A DNA stretch of 64,000 nucleotides from a virus. Every line of letters starts with the position of its first letter. The first letter of the stretch is position 1. The stretch spans positions 1 to 64,000 of the IMG/VR virus record IMGVR_UViG_3300009506_000004; one strand, written 5' to 3'. Positions 1 through 10,883 of the stretch are shown here, in pieces. Position numbers and translations under genes: made by a program. The notes under the pieces are model-generated. The model had not been told where the DNA came from and did not search any database. It saw nothing but the letters and a program-made list of their open reading frames with translations.

Positions 1-391
1 GTCTGCCGAGTCTACAGCAAAGTAGGTCAGCATTAAGGGCTATCGTACCCCACCGATCACTATCCGATACCTCCCCTTTGCGGCCACATACATCAAATGG
101 CCCGTCGTAGTCTGCGACCATAACCGCAAGCCGATCAACAGTGCACATGCACTTGATTAGTTTGCTTTCTAATCGTTCTGATTCTAATCGTTCTGATTCT
201 TGCATTGTTCTATGTCCGTTTAGTTGAGAATGCTCCTTGGCACGTTCTACAATCCCGTCGCGCTTTTCGGCTTGTTTAGCTTCCCACTTGGCCCGGTGGA
301 TTCGGATCCGCTCTTGTTTGTCTGCATCATATACATTCGCCATAATCGATTCTCCTGATTGCTCTAATTAAAATGGAGAGACCATCCCCTT

Positions 392-1615
392 CTAACAGGG
401 GATTAACTTAGCCCTCGTAACGATTGTTTGCTTTCCCCACCCCTCGCGATTATCATGCGCTTTAATGGTGGCGGTTAGCCGATACTGCGCCCCTTCGTCG
501 TATTCTTGTGATCCCGTTGCGAACCAAACTAGAGGGGCCACGCTATCGCCTACCGGAGCTTCCATTGCTACAATTGTTCTAGTACCCCATTCCCCATCAG
601 TATATCGAACCCGCAGAACCGTCACAACCTGATCCTTGACCCGTTCCTTGACTGCCCCAAGCCATACCTTAGTGGGCGCTTGTGCTTTTTCCCGTTCCCT
701 ATCCTGCGCCTTATGGTAGGCGACGATCATGGAGCCAGTATAACCGTCTAATGACCAGTCTACGATACCCTCTACTGCTATTCGATGCAGTATGCTGAGA
801 TACTCGTTTGTCTCCTCTATCCCTTGTGCCCATTCTATTGCCTTATCCGCTAGGGTATGGTCCCCCTCGTTGACATAGAGATCATTCTCCTGGATAAACT
901 CGCGCCAGTAGTGATCTCGCCTACCGTATAGATAATAGCCTACTTGGTCAACCGTGGCAGTCGCCATACTATCACGCGCTTCTGTTCTCGATACCCATCC
1001 GATCCGTCTAGTCATCATGGCAACCAACGCTAGGTACTCGTCAAGAGGTTGTACTGGTTTAAACTGGTTGCCCCATCCGCCCTCGAATCCTTCCTCCTCA
1101 CATTCGGTGGGCGTCAATCGAGCTAGTTGCTCACACCACTCCCCATACTGCGCCAAGCTTTCGGCATCCCCACAACGGAGGAAATCGGCTAGGCAATTCC
1201 GCCCCACCACTTTGCGCCCCTCACTCTCGTGTTGCAAAACAAACACATCATTTCGGCGACGCGCGGTATTGCAATGTTCGCAGGTTGGATCGATTGTCCG
1301 GTATTTCGCGAATGTTCCGTTATCTTCATACCACGGAACGATTCGGACGACATTGCCGATTGTATCGTTAAACTCGATTCTTGCGATTAGGCGCCAACCG
1401 TTTATGCATGGTTCGCACCCGTTGATCTCTACCTCATACCGTAGCTCCGTTACTTCGATCCCATTGTGTTCTCTTGTGACTAGCTCCTCCGATAACACGT
1501 CAACCCGTATCTCCTCAAGACCGTGGCGACGCGCCCTCTTGTTTAGCTTCTCTACCTTGATCCGTAGACCATGCAATCCAGCCCCGTTTAGACTCAGCTT
1601 GATGATAGTCGTCAT
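392..1615 (-). CDS. Phage hypothetical protein with Zn-binding Cys motifs and possible C-terminal OB-like domain
   Basis: 407-aa ORF with CEHC...VGRNC motif; AAGGAG RBS and sigma70-like promoter directly upstream. Confidence 0.65.
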   Translation of the reverse strand: MTTIIKLSLNGAGLHGLRIKVEKLNKRARRHGLEEIRVDVLSEELVTREHNGIEVTELRYEVEINGCEPCINGWRLIARIEFNDTIGNVVRIVPWYEDNGTFAKYRTIDPTCEHCNTARRRNDVFVLQHESEGRKVVGRNCLADFLRCGDAESLAQYGEWCEQLARLTPTECEEEGFEGGWGNQFKPVQPLDEYLALVAMMTRRIGWVSRTEARDSMATATVDQVGYYLYGRRDHYWREFIQENDLYVNEGDHTLADKAIEWAQGIEETNEYLSILHRIAVEGIVDWSLDGYTGSMIVAYHKAQDREREKAQAPTKVWLGAVKERVKDQVVTVLRVRYTDGEWGTRTIVAMEAPVGDSVAPLVWFATGSQEYDEGAQYRLTATIKAHDNREGWGKQTIVTRAKLIPC

Positions 1616-1645
1616 TTTGTGGCTCCTTGAGTAGGTGTCTACTCA

Positions 1646-1674
1646 AGAATAGGATCGCACTGCCCAAGTGTCAA
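1646..1674 (-). promoter_or_regulatory. Sigma70-like early promoter (copy 1)
   Basis: TTGACA-17 nt-TATTCT, then TGAGTAGAC and an AAGGAG RBS. Confidence 0.75.
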
Positions 1675-3233
1675 GCTTTCCCGACAAATACCCTACCATT
1701 CCGGCGCACTGATTATAGCTGTTCGCGCTCTTGCTCTAATTGGCCAAGCAAAAAGTATAATTGCCACGTGTTTTGCAATTGCCCACCTAGTGAAAACCCT
1801 CCCCGCTGAATGCTAGACTCTAGCATATTCAAACTAGTCCGAATAACTTGAATTTCCGCTAAGACCTGATCTCGCATCGACATTTTCGATTCTCCTGTCT
1901 TGATAGTATTTAGCCAAAATAGGAATTAAACGTTCTGTAACGATTCCGTGTGATCCCCATGGGTCGCAATCGTCTATCCACCCCTCGTCAACGAAGGTTT
2001 TGATTATCGCTCTAATAGCAGTCGTGGTGGATATTCCTAGCATTCTAACCCTTTTAGTGCAGTTTCATCATCGGATTCGATGATAGCTTGGATCGTCTCT
2101 TCGGAGATATTGCTCCCATATAGTCGCAGAACAGCTACTAGTTGCAACGCTACTGCATGTCGGCAAATTGAGGGTTGAGGAAAATCCAGTAAATTCCTCA
2201 CAATCGTCAAAATTTCGTCTGTCATGTTTTGTTTCCTTTACCAAACCATAGCACACTATTTGCCACTGTGTGGTTTAGTTCTCCTTGCGATTCCGTTTTG
2301 GCGCAATCCAGCTTGCGCTGTGCCACTTTTCTAGCTCCCTCCTAGTATCCTCTAGCTCCTTGCGCAAACGCTCTAGCTCCCGCTCTAGTCGCTTATAGGC
2401 TTGCTCTAGCTTGACCATCATGCTACCTCTAGAATCCGCTCGGCAAGACTTTCCGCTGAAACCTCAAAATCGTCAATACTCCACTTTTCTACCACAAAGG
2501 AGGGGGTAGTTGCCAAATGAAGAAATAGCTCCTTGACTAGCCCATCAGTAGCTCCTTCACTCAAGATGCGCCTTGAAATTTCAAAAATGCTCATTAGTAA
2601 ATTCTCAGTTTGTTGTGTGTGTTTGTTGTTCCCTGTCAATCTTAGCTTCCGAGACAATGGGGTTGATACGATTGACAATATCGAGAAAAGTCTCTTTCTC
2701 TCCGGCCCGCAACGTTGCCCAGAATATGCGCCAGCCATAGCAGCGAAGGACTAGGAAGGGGTGCCGCATTACTTCGCGCCTTGTGACTACGCCTACCACT
2801 AGCCCCTCCCAAATTTGATGCTATCCAATTGGATCACTTTCGGCTCTATCCCGAAATTCTCCCTGACGTACTCAACGCCCCGCCCCCTTGATGCCTCAAA
2901 CTGAACAACAAGATTAGGTTGTTCGGGAAGACATTCTGGCACAAATGGGCATGGTTGATCCGTATGCAGGCTGATCTGATCTGCCCCCTGTCCTACTAGT
3001 ACGCTGGCTCTTAGGATCTGCATGGTTATCTCCTAGAAAAGAGAAGGGGCGTCTAGTTGCCACTCCAATGGCTCATCGTCACGTTGGCACTTGCTCAAAT
3101 CAATATCTTCTAAGTGGTATGTAGGACACATGGCTAGGGCTATGTCAATAGCTTGGTCCAGTGTATCGCCACCTACTGTACGAGTGGTGCTGTCACGAAA
3201 CGCAATTACCCATGTCTTCATTTATGACCTCCA

Positions 3234-3270
3234 CTAGGGAGGGGCGCTACCCGTTGCGCCCCTCCCCTAG
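3234..3270. repeat. GC-rich intergenic stem-loop, copy 1
   Basis: GGGAGGGGCGC...GCGCCCCTCCC inverted repeat; the same stem recurs at 4850-4877. Confidence 0.7.
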
Positions 3271-3398
3271 CTCACATATGCACATACTGCTAAAAAGCAG
3301 ACAAAACTGACTACGCACAGATTGAAAAACCAGTTTCTGTCAACTAGCTGTGTGTTGCTGACTACTTCGATCATTGTGTGGCTCCTTGTGTCTACTCA

Positions 3399-3427
3399 AC
3401 ACTAGGATCGAAAGTGGCAGCTGTCAA
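3399..3427 (-). promoter_or_regulatory. Sigma70-like early promoter (copy 2)
   Basis: TTGACA-17-TAGTGT with CGATCC before the -10 and TGAGTAGAC after it. Confidence 0.7.
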
Positions 3428-3657
3428 GTTTGATTAGTTCTAATTTTCATCCCCTCTTAAAACCCATCATCAAGACCATACGTCTTAGTGACACAACCGT
3501 CAATGATGACCTCAGCCTTAATAGCGGTATCGTTGACATGAACCGCACTAAACGCACAAGTCTCAGCATCGTCATCATTGATATAATCCTTTACAACCCA
3601 ATTTTCCGTCTCATTGGTAAATCGTACATTGATCATGTTTGGCTCCTTAACTATTCA

Positions 3658-3685
3658 AGTCTAGCTTACAAGGGGCCAGTGTCAA
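3658..3685 (-). promoter_or_regulatory. Sigma70-like early promoter (copy 3)
   Basis: TTGACA-16-TAGACT-TGAATAG, then AAGGAG RBS. Confidence 0.65.
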
Positions 3686-3749
3686 GGCCATTTTATCATT
3701 TTAACCGGATCATTAAAAGATATGTTCATCTAGATATCCCTGCGGCTTA

Positions 3750-3811
3750 CGGCCCGTGGCTTCCGGCCCGTGGCTTCCGGCCCGTGGCTTCCGGCCCGTG
3801 GCTTCCGGCCC
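3750..3811. repeat. 14-bp tandem repeat (CGGCCCGTGGCTTC) x~4.5
   Basis: Directly visible perfect tandem copies next to the 3' end of ORF 3817-4692. Confidence 0.9.
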
Positions 3812-3816
3812 GCGAC

Positions 3817-4611
3817 CTAATCAATACAAACATCATTCCTTGAAATTGGGACATAATCCTTATTATTGGCTGACTTTGCAAAATAATCGATAAGACTGGA
3901 CGATGGCTGATTTGTTGCTTTGATCAATATAACCCGTTCACCTTCAGCAAGTCGTAATTCTGTTCCTATTAGGTGGATCGGATTAACCATCACACCAGTC
4001 AATTTATCATCAGATTCTTTACATTCCTCACAAATGGCTTCGGCAAGCTTTTCTTTCATAGTATCGGCAGAGACTACCATATCCCACCGACCACCGGGAA
4101 GGTCAGAAAGCGTAATTGTAGGATACTCGCTTTTTTCATTAAAGTACCCTACGTGTTCTTGTCGCTCGGTTTCTGGATTGTAGCGAGTGATCGAATGTAT
4201 GCAGAATTCCTCGCTTAGCTCGTCTAGAATCCCTTCTAGTGTGCCATCGTACCATGCCTCCTTGAGAATATCATGATCCCTGATCCCTACTTGTGTCTCA
4301 ATTTCGTCTACTTCACACCCCCACAAACAACACCCGTCGCCTGAATATTCGCAGTATTCGTTCCAACTATGAATAGGCTCACAATCGATAGAACTAACCG
4401 CTATACGCGATGCTATCCGTTTAGTCAAGGTTATCCCTAGACGTCCACACGTATCGGGGTGGTGCTGCCATAGCCATGTTTCCACTTGTGGTGTATGGTG
4501 GCCAATTTCATCAACGCAATGGAGGTATCCTGCCCCATAGTCATCGTGTGCACTGTAGTCTGTTGACCCCTCTAGTATGTCAGTTAACAGATCCCTGATT
4601 TCGTCTATCAT
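3817..4611 (-). CDS. Acidic phage hypothetical protein
   Basis: Long ORF; likely start MIDEIR after a GGGGAG RBS. Confidence 0.6.
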   Translation of the reverse strand: MIDEIRDLLTDILEGSTDYSAHDDYGAGYLHCVDEIGHHTPQVETWLWQHHPDTCGRLGITLTKRIASRIAVSSIDCEPIHSWNEYCEYSGDGCCLWGCEVDEIETQVGIRDHDILKEAWYDGTLEGILDELSEEFCIHSITRYNPETERQEHVGYFNEKSEYPTITLSDLPGGRWDMVVSADTMKEKLAEAICEECKESDDKLTGVMVNPIHLIGTELRLAEGERVILIKATNQPSSSLIDYFAKSANNKDYVPISRNDVCID

Positions 4612-4849
4612 ATTATCTCCCCATTTGGCATAACTTGAGTTTTTGCTTTTGACGGTACAGAGGGATCTATGCTGAGTAGCACATACGACCATTCTGTCTG
4701 TTTATTCCAGTTACAGATCGCGTTAATGCCATGATCCCTACTAACAAACTGCTTAGAATGCGTGCCGTTTTCTATCCACACATAGGAACCCTCAACAGTA
4801 TCTCGAAACATGCGTGTGTAGGTTATTTTGACCATTAGTCACTCCTCAA

Positions 4850-4877
4850 GGGAGGGGCGCGCCACTGCGCCCCTCCC
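4850..4877. repeat. GC-rich intergenic stem-loop, copy 2
   Basis: GGGAGGGGCGC-6 nt-GCGCCCCTCCC. Confidence 0.7.
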
Positions 4878-4885
4878 GCAACACG

Positions 4886-5284
4886 TTAGACCATCCCGAA
4901 AGCGCGCGCCCAACGAAGGGCACCAGCTTGTGCCAGAACCGATAATGCCGATTCTGCCAATTTTACTACCTCGTCGAGTCTCTCCTTCTCCTTCTTGACA
5001 AATTCCCACCGCTCGTCACGATCCATACTATTGTAAAGAGCGGCAGAAATATCAAAATCGGCAGTAACCGGCATACAGCAATGAGGGTGAAAATCGCAAT
5101 AATCATAGCAAAGCATACGCCAGACATAATTGCACTGCCCCTCGAATAGGGTAGTGGCGCGCTTGAACGGTTTCGTAGCCCGTAGATCACCACTTTTCCT
5201 AAAAGCTTTGCGAACGATCTCGGCGTCAGAATCGGAAACCTTCTCACACATTGAATCAACCGGAAGATTCGGCATTCTTGACAT
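4886..5284 (-). CDS. Phage hypothetical protein
   Basis: 132-aa ORF with AAGGAG RBS and promoter copy 4 upstream. Confidence 0.65.
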   Translation of the reverse strand: MSRMPNLPVDSMCEKVSDSDAEIVRKAFRKSGDLRATKPFKRATTLFEGQCNYVWRMLCYDYCDFHPHCCMPVTADFDISAALYNSMDRDERWEFVKKEKERLDEVVKLAESALSVLAQAGALRWARAFGMV

Positions 5285-5324
5285 AATTGGCTCCTTGTTG
5301 TTTGTGGTGTTGTTTGACTATTCA

Positions 5325-5353
5325 AGACTAGGATCGCGCAGCGCTGGTGTCAA
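5325..5353 (-). promoter_or_regulatory. Sigma70-like early promoter (copy 4)
   Basis: TTGACA-CCAGCGCTGCGCGATCC-TAGTCT. Confidence 0.75.
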
Positions 5354-5588
5354 GTTATCACTGCGGCTTGCTACTCCTTGATAATCCAGAGAAGATCGTC
5401 AAAACCCTCATTGCAATAACAACCGGGGATATCGGGAAGGGTAGCTCCTTCTCCTGCTAGTTGCTCGTACACTTTTTGCGCTTCCGTTGTGTCAACTATA
5501 CGTGGCTCCTTGATCCCGTATCGGTTATACTCTGCAATTATATAGATCATAGGTTAGCTCCTTATGGATTGTGTTGTTTGACTACTCA

Positions 5589-5617
5589 AGACTAGGATCG
5601 CGCCGCGCTGGTGTCAA
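5589..5617 (-). promoter_or_regulatory. Sigma70-like early promoter (copy 5)
   Basis: TTGACA-CCAGCGCGGCGCGATCC-TAGTCT, nearly identical to copy 4. Confidence 0.75.
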
Positions 5618-5882
5618 ACAATTCCGGCAACAAACTGGTCTAGTTTATGGACGAAACTAGGCGCGAAGCAAGTCCATCGGTACTCCTCCTCTTCCCCGAT
5701 ATCTTGGATCCACCATGCCACGTGTTCGGGGAGTACGAAAGTGATGTCATGTTCGTCATCCCACTCTGCCTCCGTCCACTCCCGCAGGAGTAGCCCTAGT
5801 TCGTCTCCATGTGCATAGCGGTTACCTACCCAGTCTATAGCTTGTCTCTCGTCGTGGGTTAGAGTTAGTTTGTAGCTCATAG

Positions 5883-6185
5883 TTATAGGTCCTTTTTATG
5901 ATTGACATCCGTGGCAGTATAGAACAGTACGATCCCTTCGCGATCACAGTATTGCCAAGGTGCCTCCGTTCCACCGTTGCTGTACCGTTTGATCTTGATA
6001 TAACCGTTTGCGTCTAACCACTCCCATGCACTCCAGACATATTGGTCCCCATATCCATATTCATAGTCTACTTTGTGCACGTGCCTCCCGTCAACTAGGA
6101 TGGTAGCCGAGTGGTAAGTATTACCGTTTACCTTATCAAACCACTTGCGCCCCATAATAGTGATAGTTCGTGGGGTTTTAGTCAT
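5883..6185 (-). CDS. Phage hypothetical protein
   Basis: 100-aa ORF with AGGAG RBS; RKWFDKVNGNTYHS segment. Confidence 0.6.
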   Translation of the reverse strand: MTKTPRTITIMGRKWFDKVNGNTYHSATILVDGRHVHKVDYEYGYGDQYVWSAWEWLDANGYIKIKRYSNGGTEAPWQYCDREGIVLFYTATDVNHKKDL

Positions 6186-6298
6186 TTATCTAGCTCCTAT
6201 AGGGTGTTGAAAAGTAGGTAGGCTAGATCATGCGTGCCGTTTCGCGCATTTTGGGCGGTAGCTCATATCACTATGAGAACGATCTAGCCTGACTATCA

Positions 6299-6326
6299 AA
6301 TCTAGCTCCGCATTTTTTGTTGTCAA
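6299..6326 (-). promoter_or_regulatory. Sigma70-like promoter (copy 6)
   Basis: TTGACA-16-TAGATT-TGATAGTC. Confidence 0.6.
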
Positions 6327-6375
6327 GTAAAGAAAACTAGGCTAGTATGAAAGCGGACGACCAGATCCATAATTT

Positions 6376-6582
6376 GGATATCTGGATATGTAGGTATGTA
6401 TATCTAGAGATATGAAGATATGAAGATATGTATATATGAAGATATGAAGATATGAAGATATGAAGATATGAAGATATGAAGGTCCAAATGCCCGGCATAA
6501 GATAGAAGGTAGGCAGGAAAAATCATAACGTAGACTGTAGGCAGGAAAAATCATAACTAAGGCGATTGGCAGGAAAAATCAA
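6376..6582. repeat. Composite repeat cluster A-left: (GATATGAA)n microsatellite plus 3x GGCAGGAAAAATCA
   Basis: Visible tandem 8-mers at ~6409-6480 and three spaced 14-mers at ~6512-6581. Confidence 0.9.
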
Positions 6583-7123
6583 GCCGGAAAAGTAAGTAGA
6601 AAAATTGCCATAATCAATGCTTAGCAATTATTGTGTGTGTTTGGTTAATACAAGCTATTATGTCTTGAATAAGTGCAAATTCTTTATAGTTTGTATTTAT
6701 CCTTAGTAGCAAAAAAGATGAGCAAGATAGCTCAAATGGGGATTCTATAAAGCAAACTTTCTTGCTATCTGTGTAATACACTATAATCGGGTATGGTGAC
6801 ATACTAATACTTCTTTGTTGGTTGTGGTTCTATTACATCTTTCCATTTAAAGATGATTTTAGGGGTTAACATAGTCCTATTCTTTGTGATAGTGCCTATT
6901 TGTGTCTTACCATAAAACTCTAATCTAGTGATGTCACCAACATCAACAATACGCTCGCCACAATAGGAATGTACTCTCCCCTCCCGAATATTGTAGTACA
7001 AGAAACAGTCTTTGGAATCAGCAGCAACCACAATACCACCAGTGATCCCAAACTCTTCTCTATCTAGTAAGACATACTGACCAACACTAACATCACACAT
7101 GGTTTGATTCTCCAAAAATTCGT

Positions 7124-7192
7124 AAGCGCAACTACCACCCCGGTCAAGCGCAACTACCACCCCGGTCAAGCGCAACTACCACCCCGGTCAAG
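7124..7192. repeat. Cluster A-right: 22-bp tandem repeat AAGCGCAACTACCACCCCGGTC x3
   Basis: Three perfect tandem copies. Confidence 0.9.
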
Positions 7193-7196
7193 ATTG

Positions 7197-7817
7197 TCAA
7201 ATCAAAGTTGGGTAACTTTCCTCAGCATCTTTGTAACAGACACCCCATTCGCACTCTTTGATACCCTCAAAAACATTACCAATAATTGGAGAATCATCAC
7301 AACCACAATGCCGAATAGTACCGTCCGGTTTAATGAAAAAATCCTCACAAGCGCAATTACTGTATTCACCGGGTTCAATTTCAAGAACCGTTAAAGCCCT
7401 TCCAACTGCTACAGGATTCCTTGTTCCCTTATTAGTGACATCACGATAACGACCATCAAAGGCTTTAACAACTTCAGGATCAATTATATCATGAAATTCA
7501 TCACGTGATAGCTCAGCCTGCAAAACATTCTTTTTTGCTAATTTTGCTAATAGTAATGCATGTTTCTTAATTGATCCATTTGTTATAACAAATACCCCCT
7601 CTTCTGCATCTGCTACAATTGCATCAATCAAATATTCCCTAAACTTCGGATGTAATGTGGGTTCCCCACCACCCAGAATAATGTAACTACCCCAATCCTC
7701 ACACAGCTTAATGGCTGCATCAAACACTTCCTTGGACATATCCTCGCCTTCAGCAGTGCAAGAATAGCAGCAGTGCTCACAAGACATGTTGCAGCGTGTT
7801 GTTAGTTGAATGTACAT
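7197..7817 (-). CDS. Radical SAM protein with short C-terminal Cys-rich (SPASM/Twitch-like) region
   Basis: CNMSCEHC (CxxxCxxC), GGGEPTLHP, ITNG, C-terminal IKPDG..HC..IIGN. Confidence 0.9.
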   Translation of the reverse strand: MYIQLTTRCNMSCEHCCYSCTAEGEDMSKEVFDAAIKLCEDWGSYIILGGGEPTLHPKFREYLIDAIVADAEEGVFVITNGSIKKHALLLAKLAKKNVLQAELSRDEFHDIIDPEVVKAFDGRYRDVTNKGTRNPVAVGRALTVLEIEPGEYSNCACEDFFIKPDGTIRHCGCDDSPIIGNVFEGIKECEWGVCYKDAEESYPTLI

Positions 7818-10677
7818 TTAAGCCCTCTTTGTTAATGTGTCACTACTTAAACATAGGCTAGAATCACCACCCGCAACAAGCACATTTCCATATGGTTTGC
7901 CCTCTCTTTCTACTAAATCATAGCACAAAAGAAAGGCTTGTCAAGTTTCATAATGGATATATCTCCATGTATTCAAGAAAATAGATAGTCCGGAGCCTCT
8001 TTCTTAGGGTAGTTTCTGCGCTGTTTTGTGTCTTACCCCAAGCGCCAAATCTTCCTTGATATTCACCATAATAGAACACGTCAAAGTAGTATTGTGTCAA
8101 TACCATCCCCTTTCAGGTGACCAAATAGCCTCAAATCCAGCATAATTTACATATTCTCGATATAATCCTTCCAATCTACATAATTGTTCTGAATCAATTT
8201 CTTTGTCTTCACAAATCCAACTATTAAAATTGGATGATACACACATTTCTGTCAATCCTAATCGTCGCGCAATTTGGTCCATCTTATCCAAGATGGCATT
8301 TTCTAACTCTTCTTGAGCAGACTCAATATTCGCTATAAGTTGCTTAATCGTTGGCTTCAAGTTTTCTCTCCAACCTATAAAGATAGTTTTGTAATTTTTC
8401 TAGCTTATTATCGTAATAATCCATTACTGTACTATACATAGAAAGACTAGTAAATTCCCTATTCTTGCAAAAACTATCAAACCAATCATTAAAAGCAGTA
8501 CGCAAAGCTACCTCATCCAAAGAAATATTACCACAAGTAGAACAAGTATAGTATTCTTTGACATAGCTGTCAAATAGTTCACGTACCTCAAAATCATCGG
8601 GATCAGGCTCCCATTCATCGCGCTGCTTTTCTACTTTTTTAATTTCATTTTCTATTTCTTCGATTTCTTCATGCACAGTGATCATAACTTATTCTCCAAT
8701 ATGTCTAAAATTTCTTTGGCCACTAGCTTAGTAGAGTCTATTGGCGATGACATACCTATCTTAGCATACTGTATGCAATCTGACAAATCTGGTTTGCTTG
8801 CTCCTAACTGCTTTCGTATAGCGCCGCCAAGTATCTCTAATTTGACATCGAAAGCTAATTGCATTGCTCTATGTAACTCGCTCATAGGTGTCACACCAGA
8901 TAGGAATTACAAAAGCCTCAAAATGAGAACCAAGCCCACAAAGTGGTTGACTATCAATAGCAGAAAGAAACGAAGAATTATTAAAACCTAACGGAATGGC
9001 TTTTCCGCCATAGGTAGCATTAAGCCCGTCTTTTTCATAAACACCCCAACTTTTACCACACTCACAATCTACAACTTTGCGCGGATTGATTTTTCTAACA
9101 TCATTACATACTGGGCAATAGATTAGTTTCATTAGAAATACTCCAAATCACCACTCCGACACTTTGCAACAGTAATATTTGTATCAAATGGGTCAAGTTT
9201 TAGAATTTGTAAAATTGGCTCGGACCACACAAGATACGGATTGCCTTCAATATGTTTGGGATTTGTCCAAGCGCCAATACGGTACGGACCCCAAACACAT
9301 TCACCCTTTATAATCAGAAAACGTTCGTGATCATGCACAATTAGTATATTCATTATTCACTCCATACACTAGCAGTAACCCTACGATCCTCAAGAATATC
9401 AAGGACTTCCTTTTCTGGGAGATCAATCCATATTCCCTTACTTTTTAAATCGTTAGGAATCTCGGGAATAGGGTTATTGTTTTCCCAGTCACCCTCCGAT
9501 TGAGTGTGCCAAATAAACCAGTCGTTTGTATCGTGCCTTGCTACAAAAGTGACGTAGACTTGAAAGATAGATCTCTTTGACATGGTTGTTTCTCCATTGC
9601 TAAAGCCTTGTTGAATGTTTTCTCTTACACTCAATAATAGCTTTTTACTTTGGCTTGTCAATCGAAAAATCTGCAATCATAACAGCATTTTTTGTGACCA
9701 AAAAAGCATAATGATCATCATGTTCATAAATTTCAACTTTAGCACCTTGCTTGTTATAGCCCTGCCAAACTTTACAATTATCGTCATCAAAAAGCTTCTC
9801 AAATTTTTTAATCTCGTAACCAAACATGTCATGGCTCCCTTGGGTCTAATTTTTGGATATCTGGCGCAGTAACTGATCCTAATCTAGAATCAGAATAACC
9901 AGACAACTCGAATAATTCAAAATCAGTAGGAGAAAGAAGATACCAAGTAGAGTATTTACCTTCACCCCAAGAAGACTTAAACCTACATTTAAGACCAGTT
10001 CTTTTTTCGATTCGTTCAACAAAATCAGGTTTATTCACGGTACTAGAAAAATTGAAATAATATACAAAATAAACAAAATCCAAGAAACAATAATGATCAG
10101 TTTCATGTTGATGTAACACCAATTTTATTCGACGCCACTGGTAAAATTGTTATTTGATTATTAAACCCCCCAGCTACACTAATTTCGATGATTCCTCTTT
10201 GACGTTCAAATAATTCAATCAATACTTCTGTGTCATTGGATAGAAAAACCCGTAGAACTTCTCCAGATAGTTCGTCAGTTAGATCCGTATCTGGACCACG
10301 AAGATTATACCCAAGCAGAACTTTTTTTACATTTTGCATAACTACCTCAACTGATATAAACAGTAATTTCGTACCTACCAGAAGGCATTTCATACCAACA
10401 AAAAACTAGATTATTGTTAAATTCCTTACATTCCATACCGCAACGATCACAGACAATATGAGCTGTCTCAATTGGTATAATTGGAAAAGATACTGTTCCG
10501 CCTGGGTACTCAACAGGAAATGAGGCAGCAGTACCTAACTCCAAGCCATGTTTAGCAAGGATATCTTCCACTTGCCCGATAGCTTCTAATAGAGTTTCGT
10601 GATATGTCTCAAGATTAGCGATTTCTTGTCTTACAGGGTGTTTATTTGTGATTCTCATTTGTTTCTCCTCTAACACA

Positions 10678-10706
10678 AGCCTAGAATAAGTCTAGGCTTG
10701 TGTCAA
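10678..10706 (-). promoter_or_regulatory. Sigma70-like promoter embedded in a palindrome
   Basis: TTGACA-17-TAGGCT overlapping the inverted repeat ACACAAGCCTAG..CTAGGCTTGTGT. Confidence 0.55.
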
Positions 10707-10715
10707 GGAAAATAT

Positions 10716-10883
10716 TTAGTCGTGACAAGGACAATCAGGATCATCACATTCATCATCCTCGTAATCATCATAATCCTCATCCTCATACTCATACTCATCC
10801 TCATACTCATCCTCGTAATCATCCTCATCCTCAAAATCATCTTCAAAATCATCTTCAAAATCATCTTCAAAATCATTGTACAT
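10716..10883 (-). CDS. 55-aa hyper-acidic peptide (not in ORF track)
   Basis: Manual translation MYNDFEDDFEDDFEDDFEDEDDYEDEYEDEYEYEDEDYDDYEDDECDDPDCPCHD; GGAAAGGG RBS upstream. Confidence 0.7.
   Translation of the reverse strand: MYNDFEDDFEDDFEDDFEDEDDYEDEYEDEYEYEDEDYDDYEDDECDDPDCPCHD

Noticed and set aside
954-1634. 226-aa plus-strand ORF and similar antisense ORFs
   Set aside because: Fully antisense to better-supported minus-strand genes with RBS and promoter; no recognisable motifs.
7124-7192. Mini-CRISPR at the 22/23-bp repeats (also 14456-14551)
   Set aside because: Copies are directly abutting with no spacers.
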